A stretch of 64,000 bases of DNA, from the IMG/VR virus record IMGVR_UViG_3300035696_000002; one strand, 5' to 3'. Below are positions 17,397 to 27,655 of this stretch, piece after piece. The translations under genes and the position numbers were made by a program. Origin of the DNA: a virus. Lineage: Duplodnaviria > Heunggongvirae > Uroviricota > Caudoviricetes. Numbering within the stretch: the stretch's first letter is position 1; every line of letters starts with the position of its first letter. A model generated the notes under the pieces. It worked only from the letters and a program-made list of their open reading frames with translations. It ran no database searches and had not been told where the DNA came from.

Positions 17397-17424
17397 AACC
17401 CCCTGAGTTCAGGGGGTTTCCTAT
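17396..17424 (+). terminator. terminator hairpin closing array 2
   Basis: AAACCCCCTGA/TCAGGGGGTTT. Confidence 0.8.
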
Positions 17425-17454
17425 TGGCCAAAATACCGTCTTCCCCGGTATACT
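17425..17454 (+). promoter_or_regulatory. leaderless promoter
   Basis: TGGCCA-18-TATACT-6-ATG. Confidence 0.75.
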
Positions 17455-17460
17455 ATAGAT

Positions 17461-18399
17461 ATGGAAACGCCCACCATTGACCAGTTTGTCACCGCCGACC
17501 CCCGCCGAGAAGAACGCTGGCACGCCGCGAAAAAGATGATCGCCGAAGGTCTGGCGAACAAACAAATCTGGAACACCGAATTTGAGTTGGCGAAATCCAA
17601 CCTGCACGCCATCGGCGAAGCAGCCCTCGAAGTCCCCTATGATGCCCTCCTGAACCGCCTCCGCAATGACGCCGACTGGCGGGTCGAAGTAAACAGTGAA
17701 GCCCGGTGGGCGATCAGCGGCTATTATCAGTTCAACGAACTCCCGAAGCGAATCCGGCTGTTGGAAAAGATGCAGGAACCGATCCGGTCGCAGGTTGAGC
17801 CGTACCTGCAAGTGTGCCGCGAGTTGGTCACCGTGGGCAACGATCTCAAGGCCGTGAAGCCTTTCATCGTGAAGGGCCGCAAACCGAATCCGAATGCACC
17901 GCCTGTCGAAGTCACCATGGCGAACACTGGCCAGTGTGCGATCTGCGGTCGCCGCCAGAAGATGAATAAGTACAACGCCATCGTTGACCATGGCTTCCAG
18001 ATTTCAGACGGCGTGCACTACTTCGGCTACCGGGCAGGACATTGCTTCGGTGTTGGCTACGAGCCGAGCGAACTTTCCTGCAAGGCGAATCAGGCGTACA
18101 AGAAAGTTCTGGAGAATTCCCTGTCCGAGACTGAGGAGACACTGGCCGAACTCGAAGCTTCCAATTTCGAGCAGTTGAGCGAGACCGTCCGGGTCAAGGA
18201 AAAGAATTTCAATTACCGCAACGAGAAACGCACCCACCTGAAAGGCACGCCGGATTACGAGCGTGTCCGCAAGAACAACATCGACCGGGCTCAGGAGCAG
18301 ATCAGAACGCTCAAGAGCGACATCAACTATCAGGCTGAGATCATCAAGAATTGGAAACCCTCACCGCTTCTCTACGGCTCCAAAGCTGACCAGAAATAG
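17461..18399 (+). CDS. hypothetical protein with Zn-binding motif
   Basis: GQCAICGR..HG..CFG. Confidence 0.75.
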   Translation: METPTIDQFVTADPRREERWHAAKKMIAEGLANKQIWNTEFELAKSNLHAIGEAALEVPYDALLNRLRNDADWRVEVNSEARWAISGYYQFNELPKRIRLLEKMQEPIRSQVEPYLQVCRELVTVGNDLKAVKPFIVKGRKPNPNAPPVEVTMANTGQCAICGRRQKMNKYNAIVDHGFQISDGVHYFGYRAGHCFGVGYEPSELSCKANQAYKKVLENSLSETEETLAELEASNFEQLSETVRVKEKNFNYRNEKRTHLKGTPDYERVRKNNIDRAQEQIRTLKSDINYQAEIIKNWKPSPLLYGSKADQK

Positions 18400-18414
18400 T
18401 GTACAATGTGGGGC

Positions 18415-19113
18415 ATGGACACCCTCCACCCCCATATCGTCGGCAGAATGGCCGACGACTTTTCTATCCTGAGCAAGAATCGGTACCTTACGTCGGAGGA
18501 AACCCTCGGCCTTGCCCTCGATGAACTCTTCGCCCGGCACAACATCACGGTAGATCGCGTACCCTTGATCCACGCCGTGGTGCACCCCAATGGTCAGGTC
18601 TCAAAGAGCGAATCCATTCTCGGCATTTCGTATGGCGGCAGCGTGGCACTGCGGAGCGATCTCGGGGAGAACAACCCGTTCCACCTTTCGACAGCCATCC
18701 ATGAGTTTGCTCATGAGTTTCTTCACTGCCCGGTCGATCCCTCTGATCCTGACGGCCTGAATCGTGCCGGGAGTTTCATGTCCCTGTATCGGCCCACACG
18801 GGAACGCGAAGCTGAGAGTGTCGCCCGGTGGGTGATGCGACGAGTTGGACTTGACTGGCCGGACATTTCCGCTTACGACACATGGGACGACATCACCTAC
18901 CTGAGCGAGGCCGAGTTGCTGGTGGTGCGGATGATCGTCAACAAGTTTCATGAAGTCACTGCCCGGCGTACCGTTGTTCCCGACTATTACACGCTGGTAA
19001 AACCAGCGGCTCCCCGGTATGAAAGTTTCATCAAGCCCGGCTGGTCGAATTGTCTGTGGTGCGACTACACCTTTCCGCATACTGATTGTCGGAATGTAAA
19101 GTCATGTAAATAG
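18415..19113 (+). CDS. zincin metallopeptidase (ImmA/IrrE-like)
   Basis: TAIHEFAHEFLH...EREAESVA. Confidence 0.7.
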   Translation: MDTLHPHIVGRMADDFSILSKNRYLTSEETLGLALDELFARHNITVDRVPLIHAVVHPNGQVSKSESILGISYGGSVALRSDLGENNPFHLSTAIHEFAHEFLHCPVDPSDPDGLNRAGSFMSLYRPTREREAESVARWVMRRVGLDWPDISAYDTWDDITYLSEAELLVVRMIVNKFHEVTARRTVVPDYYTLVKPAAPRYESFIKPGWSNCLWCDYTFPHTDCRNVKSCK

Positions 19114-19176
19114 GGAAGTTGGCTACGACTTTTTTCTGGACTTCGGGTTTCTAGTATTGAGTAGTAGGAGGCACTT

Positions 19177-19710
19177 ATGCGTAAGACTCTTTTTTGGTTC
19201 TTCTCTCTTTTCCTTTTTGCAGCCATCCCGGCTGTAGCTCAGCACGGCGGTCATGCAAGCGGTGGTCATTTCGGCGGCAGCGGTAGGTCGTTCGGCAGTG
19301 CCCGTGGCGAACAGCACGAACGTGTCGCGGCCCCGGCCAAGGGTGAGCAGCGAGGCGGCTTCGTCGAGCACCATGGCGAAGGCTTCCCGGCGACGCACAA
19401 CGGCTATCACTGGGCTGGCGGCGGGGCTGCCCGCACGCACTGGGACGGCCATGCGTATGACCATGATTATTTCTACGGCCACTGGGGCCGGGAACACGCA
19501 TTCTATTGGGGTCACTGCAATTGGTGGGGGCCTCGTTTCGGCATCGGTTCGTACTTCTGGTTCGGCGGCGGCTACTGGACGATTATCGACCCGGTTCCTC
19601 CGTACTGGTATGACGACGAGGTCTATGTCGAGTGGGTTCCGGGGTACGGCTATGCCCTCGTAAACCCCCTGTATCCGCAGGTTTACTTCCACGTCGGCGT
19701 CCGGTTCTAA
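19177..19710 (+). CDS. secreted Gly/His/aromatic-rich protein
   Basis: AGGAGG SD; signal peptide ending AVA-Q; G/H-rich region then W/Y-rich domain. Confidence 0.75.
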   Translation: MRKTLFWFFSLFLFAAIPAVAQHGGHASGGHFGGSGRSFGSARGEQHERVAAPAKGEQRGGFVEHHGEGFPATHNGYHWAGGGAARTHWDGHAYDHDYFYGHWGREHAFYWGHCNWWGPRFGIGSYFWFGGGYWTIIDPVPPYWYDDEVYVEWVPGYGYALVNPLYPQVYFHVGVRF

Positions 19711-19784
19711 AGCTTCGCGGGGTGCTGCAAAACAGGCACTTGATTTTTCCGGCAGAACACAGTATTATTTGTCGGAGGAGTCAG

Positions 19785-20171
19785 GTGCCTTTGCTTACCA
19801 CGGTCAACATTTTCAACTCCGAGACCAAAACCGAGCAGCCGTTCGGTGCCCGTGAAGATCGAATTCGGGCTTTCTACCAATTTATTGTGGGTGACCGCAG
19901 GACAGCGAACTCTGCCAAACCTCGTATGCCCGGCATCAGCGGCCCTGCCGCACTGGGCCTGAGCACGATGTTCTTCCGGGTGCCCGGCAGGTTCCCGGCT
20001 GACGACATCCTCAAGTGGCTACGGGAAAACCAGAAGACCTACCTAGACGGCTACCCGAACCCGACGATTACGCTCGAAGAAATCGAAGACGCTCTCGGAC
20101 GCTTCGCGGCGGTGAACACGCAACTGTTGGCCGATGGGCAGGATTCTTCCTCGCGGCAAGCTGGCGTATGA
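19785..20171 (+). CDS. hypothetical protein
   Basis: GGAGGAG SD before GTG. Confidence 0.6.
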   Translation: MPLLTTVNIFNSETKTEQPFGAREDRIRAFYQFIVGDRRTANSAKPRMPGISGPAALGLSTMFFRVPGRFPADDILKWLRENQKTYLDGYPNPTITLEEIEDALGRFAAVNTQLLADGQDSSSRQAGV

Positions 20172-20396
20172 ACTGGAAGGATTACAGCACCCATCCGTGG
20201 CGTTGGCCCTACCAGTTAGTCCGGGCCGGATTTTTGGGGTTCTTGGCCCTCGGGACGGGCCTACTGTGGATGCGACACGGCTGGCACGCAGCCCCGTCGC
20301 CGGAGAAATATGTACACTTGGCTCTTGGTACTGGTACGCTGGTTTTTATCTGCTATGCGATCTGGGCCTTCATCGTCGAACGGGGTAAAAAATACG

Positions 20397-21263
20397 ATGG
20401 ACTTTACCTTTAGGGATCACGTCAAGACGATCTACCAGAAGTACCTTCAAGGGGACATCCCCCGCGACATCGCTTACAGGCGATTCGAAAAGCTGTTGAA
20501 AGACTACGGCCTGATGGCTCTCGATCACAGGCTCCCGGACGACATCACCAACGAAAACTTCCTCGGCTTGCTGCGTTGGGCATTCAACATGAATCCGCAG
20601 CCGACCAACGTGCCCGATCCCCGGCACTTCTCCGCCCCGATGAACATGCTGAACAACGAGGAGTCCGCTGCGGTCAAGGAACTGCGGGAAGAGATCAACA
20701 CAGAGATTCGCAAGCTGCTCGACGGCAATCTTGGTAAGCCCCTGCCCAAGGCACCACCATCAAATCAGGCACCACTGAATCGAATTCGATTCCTGCCGCC
20801 AGCATACCCGGCACCGCCGATGATGAGCCACTACATTCCCCCGAAACCTCGCCGCATGCCGGAGATGCCGACGTGCCCGATCTGCCACAAGGAAACATCC
20901 ATCCTGTGCTCGACGGCTCAGTTTGAGAACCGGATCATCCAAGTCAATCCGGCCCGGTGTCAGGAATGCACGTTCGACTACGCGGTCAAAGAGTTCGAGA
21001 AGAAACCGTACATCATGGACACGAAGCACACTCCGTTGACTACGGAAGAGGAGAAGTTTTTCGCGGGGCTGGAAGACCAGATGAAGGTCTCGCCCTTCAA
21101 GGAATTGTGCGAACACTGTCATCGGCTGGTTGAGCCCGATCACCGCTGTCCACGCCGACCGGAATTTGACACGCACACATGTCCGAAGTGCGGGTTCTAT
21201 TACGACACACCAAATCACGTGCTTGGTTGCGGAGCCGATTTTGGCAACGAAAAGAAAGTATAA
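20397..21263 (+). CDS. hypothetical Pro-rich protein with CxxC motifs
   Basis: Long ORF; several CxxC pairs. Confidence 0.65.
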   Translation: MDFTFRDHVKTIYQKYLQGDIPRDIAYRRFEKLLKDYGLMALDHRLPDDITNENFLGLLRWAFNMNPQPTNVPDPRHFSAPMNMLNNEESAAVKELREEINTEIRKLLDGNLGKPLPKAPPSNQAPLNRIRFLPPAYPAPPMMSHYIPPKPRRMPEMPTCPICHKETSILCSTAQFENRIIQVNPARCQECTFDYAVKEFEKKPYIMDTKHTPLTTEEEKFFAGLEDQMKVSPFKELCEHCHRLVEPDHRCPRRPEFDTHTCPKCGFYYDTPNHVLGCGADFGNEKKV

Positions 21264-21730
21264 AGCCGTCCCCCTCGACGCAGTCGAGATCATGACCCGT
21301 CCCATTGGGGAGGATGAACGCCATTGGTTCTGGGATTACCGGGGCTACCGAATCCATATCAGCAAACAGAAGTGCATGGCCGGGTACTACCTGACCTACT
21401 TCGATATTTTCCGCAAGAAAGATGGTTACGAGTTCGTCTGCGACTTCACCGAGGGCTCCGACACGGTCACGCAAATGTTAGGTTTCATGAAAGACCGAGT
21501 TGATGATAAGATAGAGACCAAGAGGCCCGATGCCGAAGACTAAACGGTTCGTTGAAATGCAGTGCTTATCGCGGAAGTGCCGCAACAAGACGACGAAGCA
21601 TGTGCGTGAACCCGAGCACGAGACGACGCATTACCAGTCAACAGTGGGACGCGGCGGGCCGTCCGATTATCGCTTCATGCGGTGCACAGAATGTGGCCAC
21701 GGCCAAGAATGGGACTTTGCGAGGGATTAA

Positions 21731-22441
21731 ATGACTGACACACGACCGGGGCCGACCCGGCTGGAAACGATGCTCCACAACGCCGCGATTCTTGTCCGCG
21801 AGGGCAACACTGGCAAGCAGGTTGACGAATTCGTCGCCGGGTTGATCCGGCTGGCCAAAGTCAAGCCCGCATTTCTCGGCTACAAGCCACTGAACATGGG
21901 CGGGGGTGACGGGTATCCCGCAACGATCTGTGTCTCCTTCAACAATGAAGTGATCCATGGCATCCCGGACGACCGCAAGTTCCAAGAGGGTGACGTGATT
22001 AAGCTGGACTGCGGCATCGAAGAGGACGGGCAATTCGACGACGGTGCCCTGACCGTGATCGTCGGCAACGGCTCCGCCACAGCCCGCAGGCTGGTCAAGG
22101 CGACGCAAGAGGCTCTGGAGGCTGGCGTAGCTCAAGCCAAGGCCGGGAACACCACACACGACATTGGCCGGGCAATTGAGGCAGTAGCCAAGAAGTACGA
22201 TGTCTACGTCGTAGAGGGTTACGGCGGACACGGTATCGGCGAAAAACTGCACATGGAGCCGCACGTCCCCAACAAGGTGGAAGGCCCCGAGGTCAAACTG
22301 GAATCGGGAATGCGGATCGCCATCGAACCCATGTTCGGCAGCAACCATGGCCGCACGTATGTGGGGCCGGACAAGTGGGTCATCAAGCTACAGAACGGGG
22401 GCCTCGCCGCCCACTTTGAAAAGACGGTGACGATAAAATGA
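21731..22441 (+). CDS. map: methionine aminopeptidase type I
   Basis: YPATICVSFNNEVIHGIP, D..KLD.G..DGA.T, GHGIG..LHMEP, AIEPM, AAHFEKTV. Confidence 0.93.
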   Translation: MTDTRPGPTRLETMLHNAAILVREGNTGKQVDEFVAGLIRLAKVKPAFLGYKPLNMGGGDGYPATICVSFNNEVIHGIPDDRKFQEGDVIKLDCGIEEDGQFDDGALTVIVGNGSATARRLVKATQEALEAGVAQAKAGNTTHDIGRAIEAVAKKYDVYVVEGYGGHGIGEKLHMEPHVPNKVEGPEVKLESGMRIAIEPMFGSNHGRTYVGPDKWVIKLQNGGLAAHFEKTVTIK

Positions 22442-22741
22442 GTACAGCGGAAAAGGCAATTGCAGTAGCAATTTTGCTAGGCTCCGAACGGCGTCCTGAC
22501 CGTGTTTCCTCAGTCGAGATCAGGCAGTTCATTGATCTGGTTGAGAAGATCGAAAAGGAAGTTCTCGCCTACAACAACGACAGACGATAATGGCTGACAT
22601 GCATTGTCCAATTTGTCAGGCTGTGCGTGACGTATCTTGGGGTGTGCAAATCAGATGCGACAAGTGCCGGAACTGGTCACACGTTGACAACTGGACGTAC
22701 ACCAAGGAAGCTTGGGCCAAACTTCAAGCGAGGAGGGGACG

Positions 22742-23032
22742 ATGAACACAGGAACAGTTTCAGTCCACGTAATTCCATCGAGTGCAAGCCTTGACGCCAT
22801 CACGATTTTCTTTCAGGACTTCGAGCCCGGCCAAGGCCGCATGGTCGTGGAATGCTACGGCAATGCGTGGGCAGCCTACTGGGGTGCCATGGGCGGCAAG
22901 ACCGTCCGCGAATTCGTTCGCTCAGCAGACGTGTATTATCTGACCAACAAACTCTCCCGGCCAAACCAGAACAAGACCACGGACAAGTACCTCCAGCGTC
23001 TCGTTGAGGCCATTAAGGCGGATTTGAAATGA
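22742..23032 (+). CDS. hypothetical phage protein
   Basis: LD.ITIF.QD..PGQGR....CYG.AW.AYWGAMG. Confidence 0.7.
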   Translation: MNTGTVSVHVIPSSASLDAITIFFQDFEPGQGRMVVECYGNAWAAYWGAMGGKTVREFVRSADVYYLTNKLSRPNQNKTTDKYLQRLVEAIKADLK

Positions 23033-23306
23033 AAACAGCCCTCCTCCTGCTATTGACTCTGTCGATTCCCAAGATCACGCCTCCGGCCCCACCACGCCAA
23101 ATCGTGGACAAAACTTTGCCCGCCCATGCCAAGGGCGGACGCTGGTATATGGCCGAAGATGGGCACGCCATCTTTTGCTACGGCCCCACCATGCTGATTA
23201 CTTCCCCCACGGGCGGTTTCACAAAAGTCGCCACATTTTGCCGTGGCGATAAAACAATCGTCCCGCTTCACGAATAACTCCGGCCAAAATCCAGTATTAA
23301 CTGGAT

Positions 23307-23720
23307 ATGGCAAAGCCGAATCCTCCAAAATTATCCCGCACACCATCCGAGCATGAACTCCGGGCATACGCCCGGCGTCTGCAAGAATACGAACAGGCCC
23401 TCCTCCGCTGGGAACGATCCCTCTCTCAACGCGAAGAAGAATTCGCAGAAGACCTTGCCGAGGAAATGGGCTTTGAAGACGAGGAAGAAATCGAGTGGGT
23501 GTGGTGCAGCGATTGCGGCGGATATCATCCCGAGCGAATCATGGACGTAGAGGATGTACGGACAGCACTGGTGCAGGCGGGAAAAGCAAACACAAAAACT
23601 GATGCACCGGAATCAGAAATTTCATGGCTGAATGAGTTGTACAGCTTGCAGGACGAGCGGCCCGACAAACACACGCAGACCCCGGTGGGAAACACACGTA
23701 TCCCCCGAGGTCAGGTGTAG
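23307..23720 (+). CDS. hypothetical protein
   Basis: ORF downstream of a CAGTATT motif. Confidence 0.6.
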   Translation: MAKPNPPKLSRTPSEHELRAYARRLQEYEQALLRWERSLSQREEEFAEDLAEEMGFEDEEEIEWVWCSDCGGYHPERIMDVEDVRTALVQAGKANTKTDAPESEISWLNELYSLQDERPDKHTQTPVGNTRIPRGQV

Positions 23721-23941
23721 ATGTAGGATCACCCCCTTAGTTCAAATTTTGGATTGTAAAGCTTGCTCTCCCGTAGGTGTGGCGAAAAGCGGTTGAGGTT
23801 TGTAACGCAAGGGTCATGAGCGATATGTCCTCCTCGGGATTAGGGGTATTCAGTTGTGCGGGGCACGATGCCCCGGTCTTACTATCTAAAGGGGAGCGTA
23901 GTAGCAAAATCCGGCAATACTGAAATCAGATTAGGAGCATT

Positions 23942-25435
23942 ATGAACGACGGACTCAAAAGAATCTTAGGCCTACTGGGCGACGAAAAACGCATCTACTA
24001 CTTCGTCGAAGACCACGAGGTCAAGCAGGAAGATTTCCAATATTGTCAGACGTTGTACCAGATCGTCTTCGGGCCAAAGGGCTATGTTGAGACGCTGGGG
24101 CCGACGTGGAACATGATCCACGATCCTCGCTTCATGCAGATCGAGAACAGCTTCATCAAAAATCGCCGGGCCTTCTTCGGCGGCAACGCCGATTCCGGCA
24201 AGCAGTACATCTTCGCCGACAACACATTCACATCCAGCATCACCGATCTCGAACAGTACGCGGAAATTCTCGGTGAAGGCCGCAACTACTACAACGTCAT
24301 CGTTCACCCCGAGGCAAAGTGCCCGATCCGCCGCTGGCTGGAACGCACGCAGACCGGGATCACTTCGATCATTCCGCACGCAGACCTTGCATGCTCCTGC
24401 CCGAGCAACGGCGACCCGCACGCACTCAAGGATGCACCCGCAGAAGAAGTCTGGGCACTCATCAGACAGGAATGCCCAAACCGTGCCTTTGAACAGAGCG
24501 GCATGACCAGCGATTACGGCGACATGGTCTTCGATCTGTTGACCAAGTGCGATCTCGTCGGCCTGATCGCTGACTACGCCATCACGCCGCTGATCGACAG
24601 CTACGTGTACATGGAGACCGGGGAAGATGTCGTCGATCATCGCGAATTCGTCAGCGATCCCCACGGAGCCAACCATCAGAAAGTGCTGAAAGAAGTTGAT
24701 CTGCTGGAGACCGCCCTGACTCAGCGTGCAGTCATGCGAATGACGGCAACAGAAGTTCTGGACAGCATCGGCTTCGGAAAACAGATTGAAAATCTGACCG
24801 GGGAGAACGAAATCGAACTGGACGATCTGGAACGGGATGAACTCCTGCGAATCGTCTACGAATCCAACTGGCCAGAAGATAAGGCCAAGGTCATGTCGGA
24901 ACTTATGCTGTTTATCAGCACCCGGCACGCGAAGACGCTTGAAGAGCGTCGGGCAATCCACATTCAGCAGTGCAAGGAAGATTCTCAGAAAACCATCCAA
25001 GGCCTGCTCAAGGGAACGATCCAGCCGATCAATCCCAGCACTGAAGGTGTCGTTGAAATCCCGAAGGATGAAAACGAGAAGGAAGTGCTGTTCTACGCTG
25101 ATCTGATGGCCGCTTTGCAGAAGAACCCATTCAAGGCGGAACTCTTCATGCTCTACACCGACGCCGAACTGAAGGGCAACCGGGCGGTCGTGGAGATGCT
25201 TGCCCCGATCTTCGCTGACCCGAACTATTCGCTCGACGAGATCGGCTACTACAATTTCCTGAAGGCCATTGCAGCAGGGGTATTGACTGATGGCAACCGC
25301 CGCAATATCCGTGCAGGCAAGGAAGACGCCATCGCCGGAACAGAAACCACTGGGACATACAAAAAGTCTGTGGTACACTATGAGGCGGAGTACAACGGCC
25401 CCAATGATCGACCAAGTAACGACCCAAAACGGTAG
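23942..25435 (+). CDS. large hypothetical protein (497 aa)
   Basis: AGGAG SD; long ORF; no recognisable motif. Confidence 0.8.
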   Translation: MNDGLKRILGLLGDEKRIYYFVEDHEVKQEDFQYCQTLYQIVFGPKGYVETLGPTWNMIHDPRFMQIENSFIKNRRAFFGGNADSGKQYIFADNTFTSSITDLEQYAEILGEGRNYYNVIVHPEAKCPIRRWLERTQTGITSIIPHADLACSCPSNGDPHALKDAPAEEVWALIRQECPNRAFEQSGMTSDYGDMVFDLLTKCDLVGLIADYAITPLIDSYVYMETGEDVVDHREFVSDPHGANHQKVLKEVDLLETALTQRAVMRMTATEVLDSIGFGKQIENLTGENEIELDDLERDELLRIVYESNWPEDKAKVMSELMLFISTRHAKTLEERRAIHIQQCKEDSQKTIQGLLKGTIQPINPSTEGVVEIPKDENEKEVLFYADLMAALQKNPFKAELFMLYTDAELKGNRAVVEMLAPIFADPNYSLDEIGYYNFLKAIAAGVLTDGNRRNIRAGKEDAIAGTETTGTYKKSVVHYEAEYNGPNDRPSNDPKR

Positions 25436-25810
25436 CGTTTACCTCATCGACCACGACAAGAAAACGTGGACGAAGACCAAGGAAACTGAGCGGTCAGGAC
25501 TGCTTCGCACGCCGGACGGAAGCTTTACATCGGTGTTCATCGAAATGGGCAGGGGCATGGAAATCCTGTGTCCCCCGTTTATAGAGGGTGCAATCGCCCG
25601 CCTGATTTACACAAGCGATGTAGTTCGCGTCGAACGACTTGAGGAGTAGGCTATGGCATTCAAAGTCTCCAAGGAACTCGCCGATCTGCTGAACAAAGTC
25701 AGCGAGGAAGTCAGCAAGTGGGAACCATGGCAACGCAGTCTTGATCCGCTGGGCACGCCCGAGGGTCAACGAGCAATGAATCAAGCCATCGACGATTTCA
25801 ACAGGTACTA

Positions 25811-26413
25811 ATGTCGTACTACGAACTGCACATCACTGTCGCCGAACAAGAAAAGTGGGAGGAATTCGAGGCCCACTGCAAAACCAAACTTCTCTGCAAA
25901 TCCAACCTCATCGAACTCAGTCAGGGCCGCTATCCGCTCCAACTCATGCTTGCCAAGAAAGGCATCCTTAACACGGACGCCGAAGCACTGGAGTGGGGTG
26001 ACATTATGACGGCGTTCCTTGACATCGCAGGTTGGACTCCCATTCGCACCAAGGTTGAAGCACCGCTAGGCAGCGGGCCTGCCGCGTATTTCGAGGCTCA
26101 TTGGAAATTTGACTTGAGTTCTCCGCCCTCCAACCGTCTTGACATTTATTCGTGGGACAATATGAAACGGGCAATCGGCGAATTCACTGTTGCGTTCCCC
26201 GGCTTCATGCGGAGTCGAAACGTCGGACGACCGGGGGTTTACTACCTTTCCAAGCGTGCCTACCATTCCGATTTCGACGAGGCGATGGCGTCATTCGATC
26301 TCGGACACGAGCAGATCACCCGCTACCTGTCCTATGTCGTCCCCTGTGACGGCGTTCATTATGAACGGGTTCTGTTCGATTCCGATCCATCCATCGACGC
26401 AGGCTGGGCCTAG
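25811..26413 (+). CDS. hypothetical protein with duplicated [YF]E.H motifs
   Basis: YELHITV, YFEAHWK, E.VLFDS...ID.GW. Confidence 0.7.
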   Translation: MSYYELHITVAEQEKWEEFEAHCKTKLLCKSNLIELSQGRYPLQLMLAKKGILNTDAEALEWGDIMTAFLDIAGWTPIRTKVEAPLGSGPAAYFEAHWKFDLSSPPSNRLDIYSWDNMKRAIGEFTVAFPGFMRSRNVGRPGVYYLSKRAYHSDFDEAMASFDLGHEQITRYLSYVVPCDGVHYERVLFDSDPSIDAGWA

Positions 26414-26812
26414 AAAACATGTATACGGCAACCATCTTTAGGGGGTACCCTATGGACGATTGCCCTTGCCTCATCCCAGACGAAAATGACAACTGCGTCG
26501 AGTGTGGTGAACACATCTCAATGCCAGAAGTTGCCTGCCCCGACCTCGGGGACATCGGCAGCATCATCAGGCTCATCGACCTCACCGCCAAGGGCATGAA
26601 CGTTATCCAGAAACAGAACGAAGACCCGGATCGTCCCGGCCTTCCTCGCCTCCGCATGGTTGGTCACGTCATGGTGCGAGTGGCCCACTCAACTGTCTTC
26701 CGCGACTTTCTCGTACCGTCCTACATGGCAGCACGCCAACTCGGCTATCGCGGAACGTATCAACGATGGAATGAACTTGTAGAGGAAGCCCGCGTCAGAT
26801 TATAATCGTCGC

Positions 26813-27136
26813 ATGGCTTCAGATTCCAAGTTAGTGCCGAATTTCAACTCTGTGTTCATGGTGGGCACGTACATCCTCATCAACAATTTCGGCAAGTTGA
26901 ATGGCAAGAAAACCAACACCTATGGTGTTTGGGAAAAAGACATGCGACAGGATCAGTACGTCGCAGGCCCACCACTGGGCACGATCACGTGGCTTTCCCG
27001 TTGGAGAAAATACGCATTCAATCCCGCCCCCAACTGCTCCTTTGAAGAAATTTGCATGGGAGAAATTTCTGAATTCATCAAGAACGAAACCGCACATCAC
27101 TACGCCACACTTAAAACCAGAAAGGCCGCAGCATGA
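26813..27136 (+). CDS. hypothetical phage protein
   Basis: TATAAT 6 nt before ATG; LG.I.W...WRKY.F.P. Confidence 0.65.
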   Translation: MASDSKLVPNFNSVFMVGTYILINNFGKLNGKKTNTYGVWEKDMRQDQYVAGPPLGTITWLSRWRKYAFNPAPNCSFEEICMGEISEFIKNETAHHYATLKTRKAAA

Positions 27137-27619
27137 GCAATCATTTTAAGGGAAGGTTCGCTACGTTTCATTGGGAAGATGGCCGGGCAGTTGCCATCGC
27201 TCAAAGTGCAACTGGTTCGCCCAGCATGGCACTCGTCATCGACGACGTGAAAGATTTTGTACGGGAACTTGCCAAACACGAGAAGCGTGACCTGAACATC
27301 GTTTTGAAAATAGAATCTGTCCTTACCGAATTGATGCTCCGCTCACACGAGCCATGGTCAAGTCGCGTACAGGCCGACCGTATCTATGACATCGTCATGG
27401 GCCGCAGCGAAGAGGAAGTCAAGAAGCCGTGGGAACACTTCGCCGTTGGCGATCCGCCCTCTGGCGACTAACGAATCCAAGATTAGAGGCTGCATTACCT
27501 CATTGGAATGACCAAACGCAGCCCTCTAGTACCGGGGAGCACCGTCAAAGTCTCTCAAACACCTTGACACCGCTCCCCGGTTTCCCTTTTAAGCCCTTGA
27601 TTTCAAGCCACATCCAGAC

Positions 27620-27649
27620 TGGACAAAATGCCCCTGAAACCCGTATACT
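27620..27649 (+). promoter_or_regulatory. leaderless promoter
   Basis: TGGACA-18-TATACT-6-ATG. Confidence 0.8.
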
Positions 27650-27655
27650 TTAGGT

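Noticed and set aside
17430-17456. Partial gapped matches of array 1 segments 1 and 2 to the minus strand of the 17425 promoter
   Set aside because: About 11/16 and 12/18 with internal mismatches; not distinguishable from chance without a proper scan.
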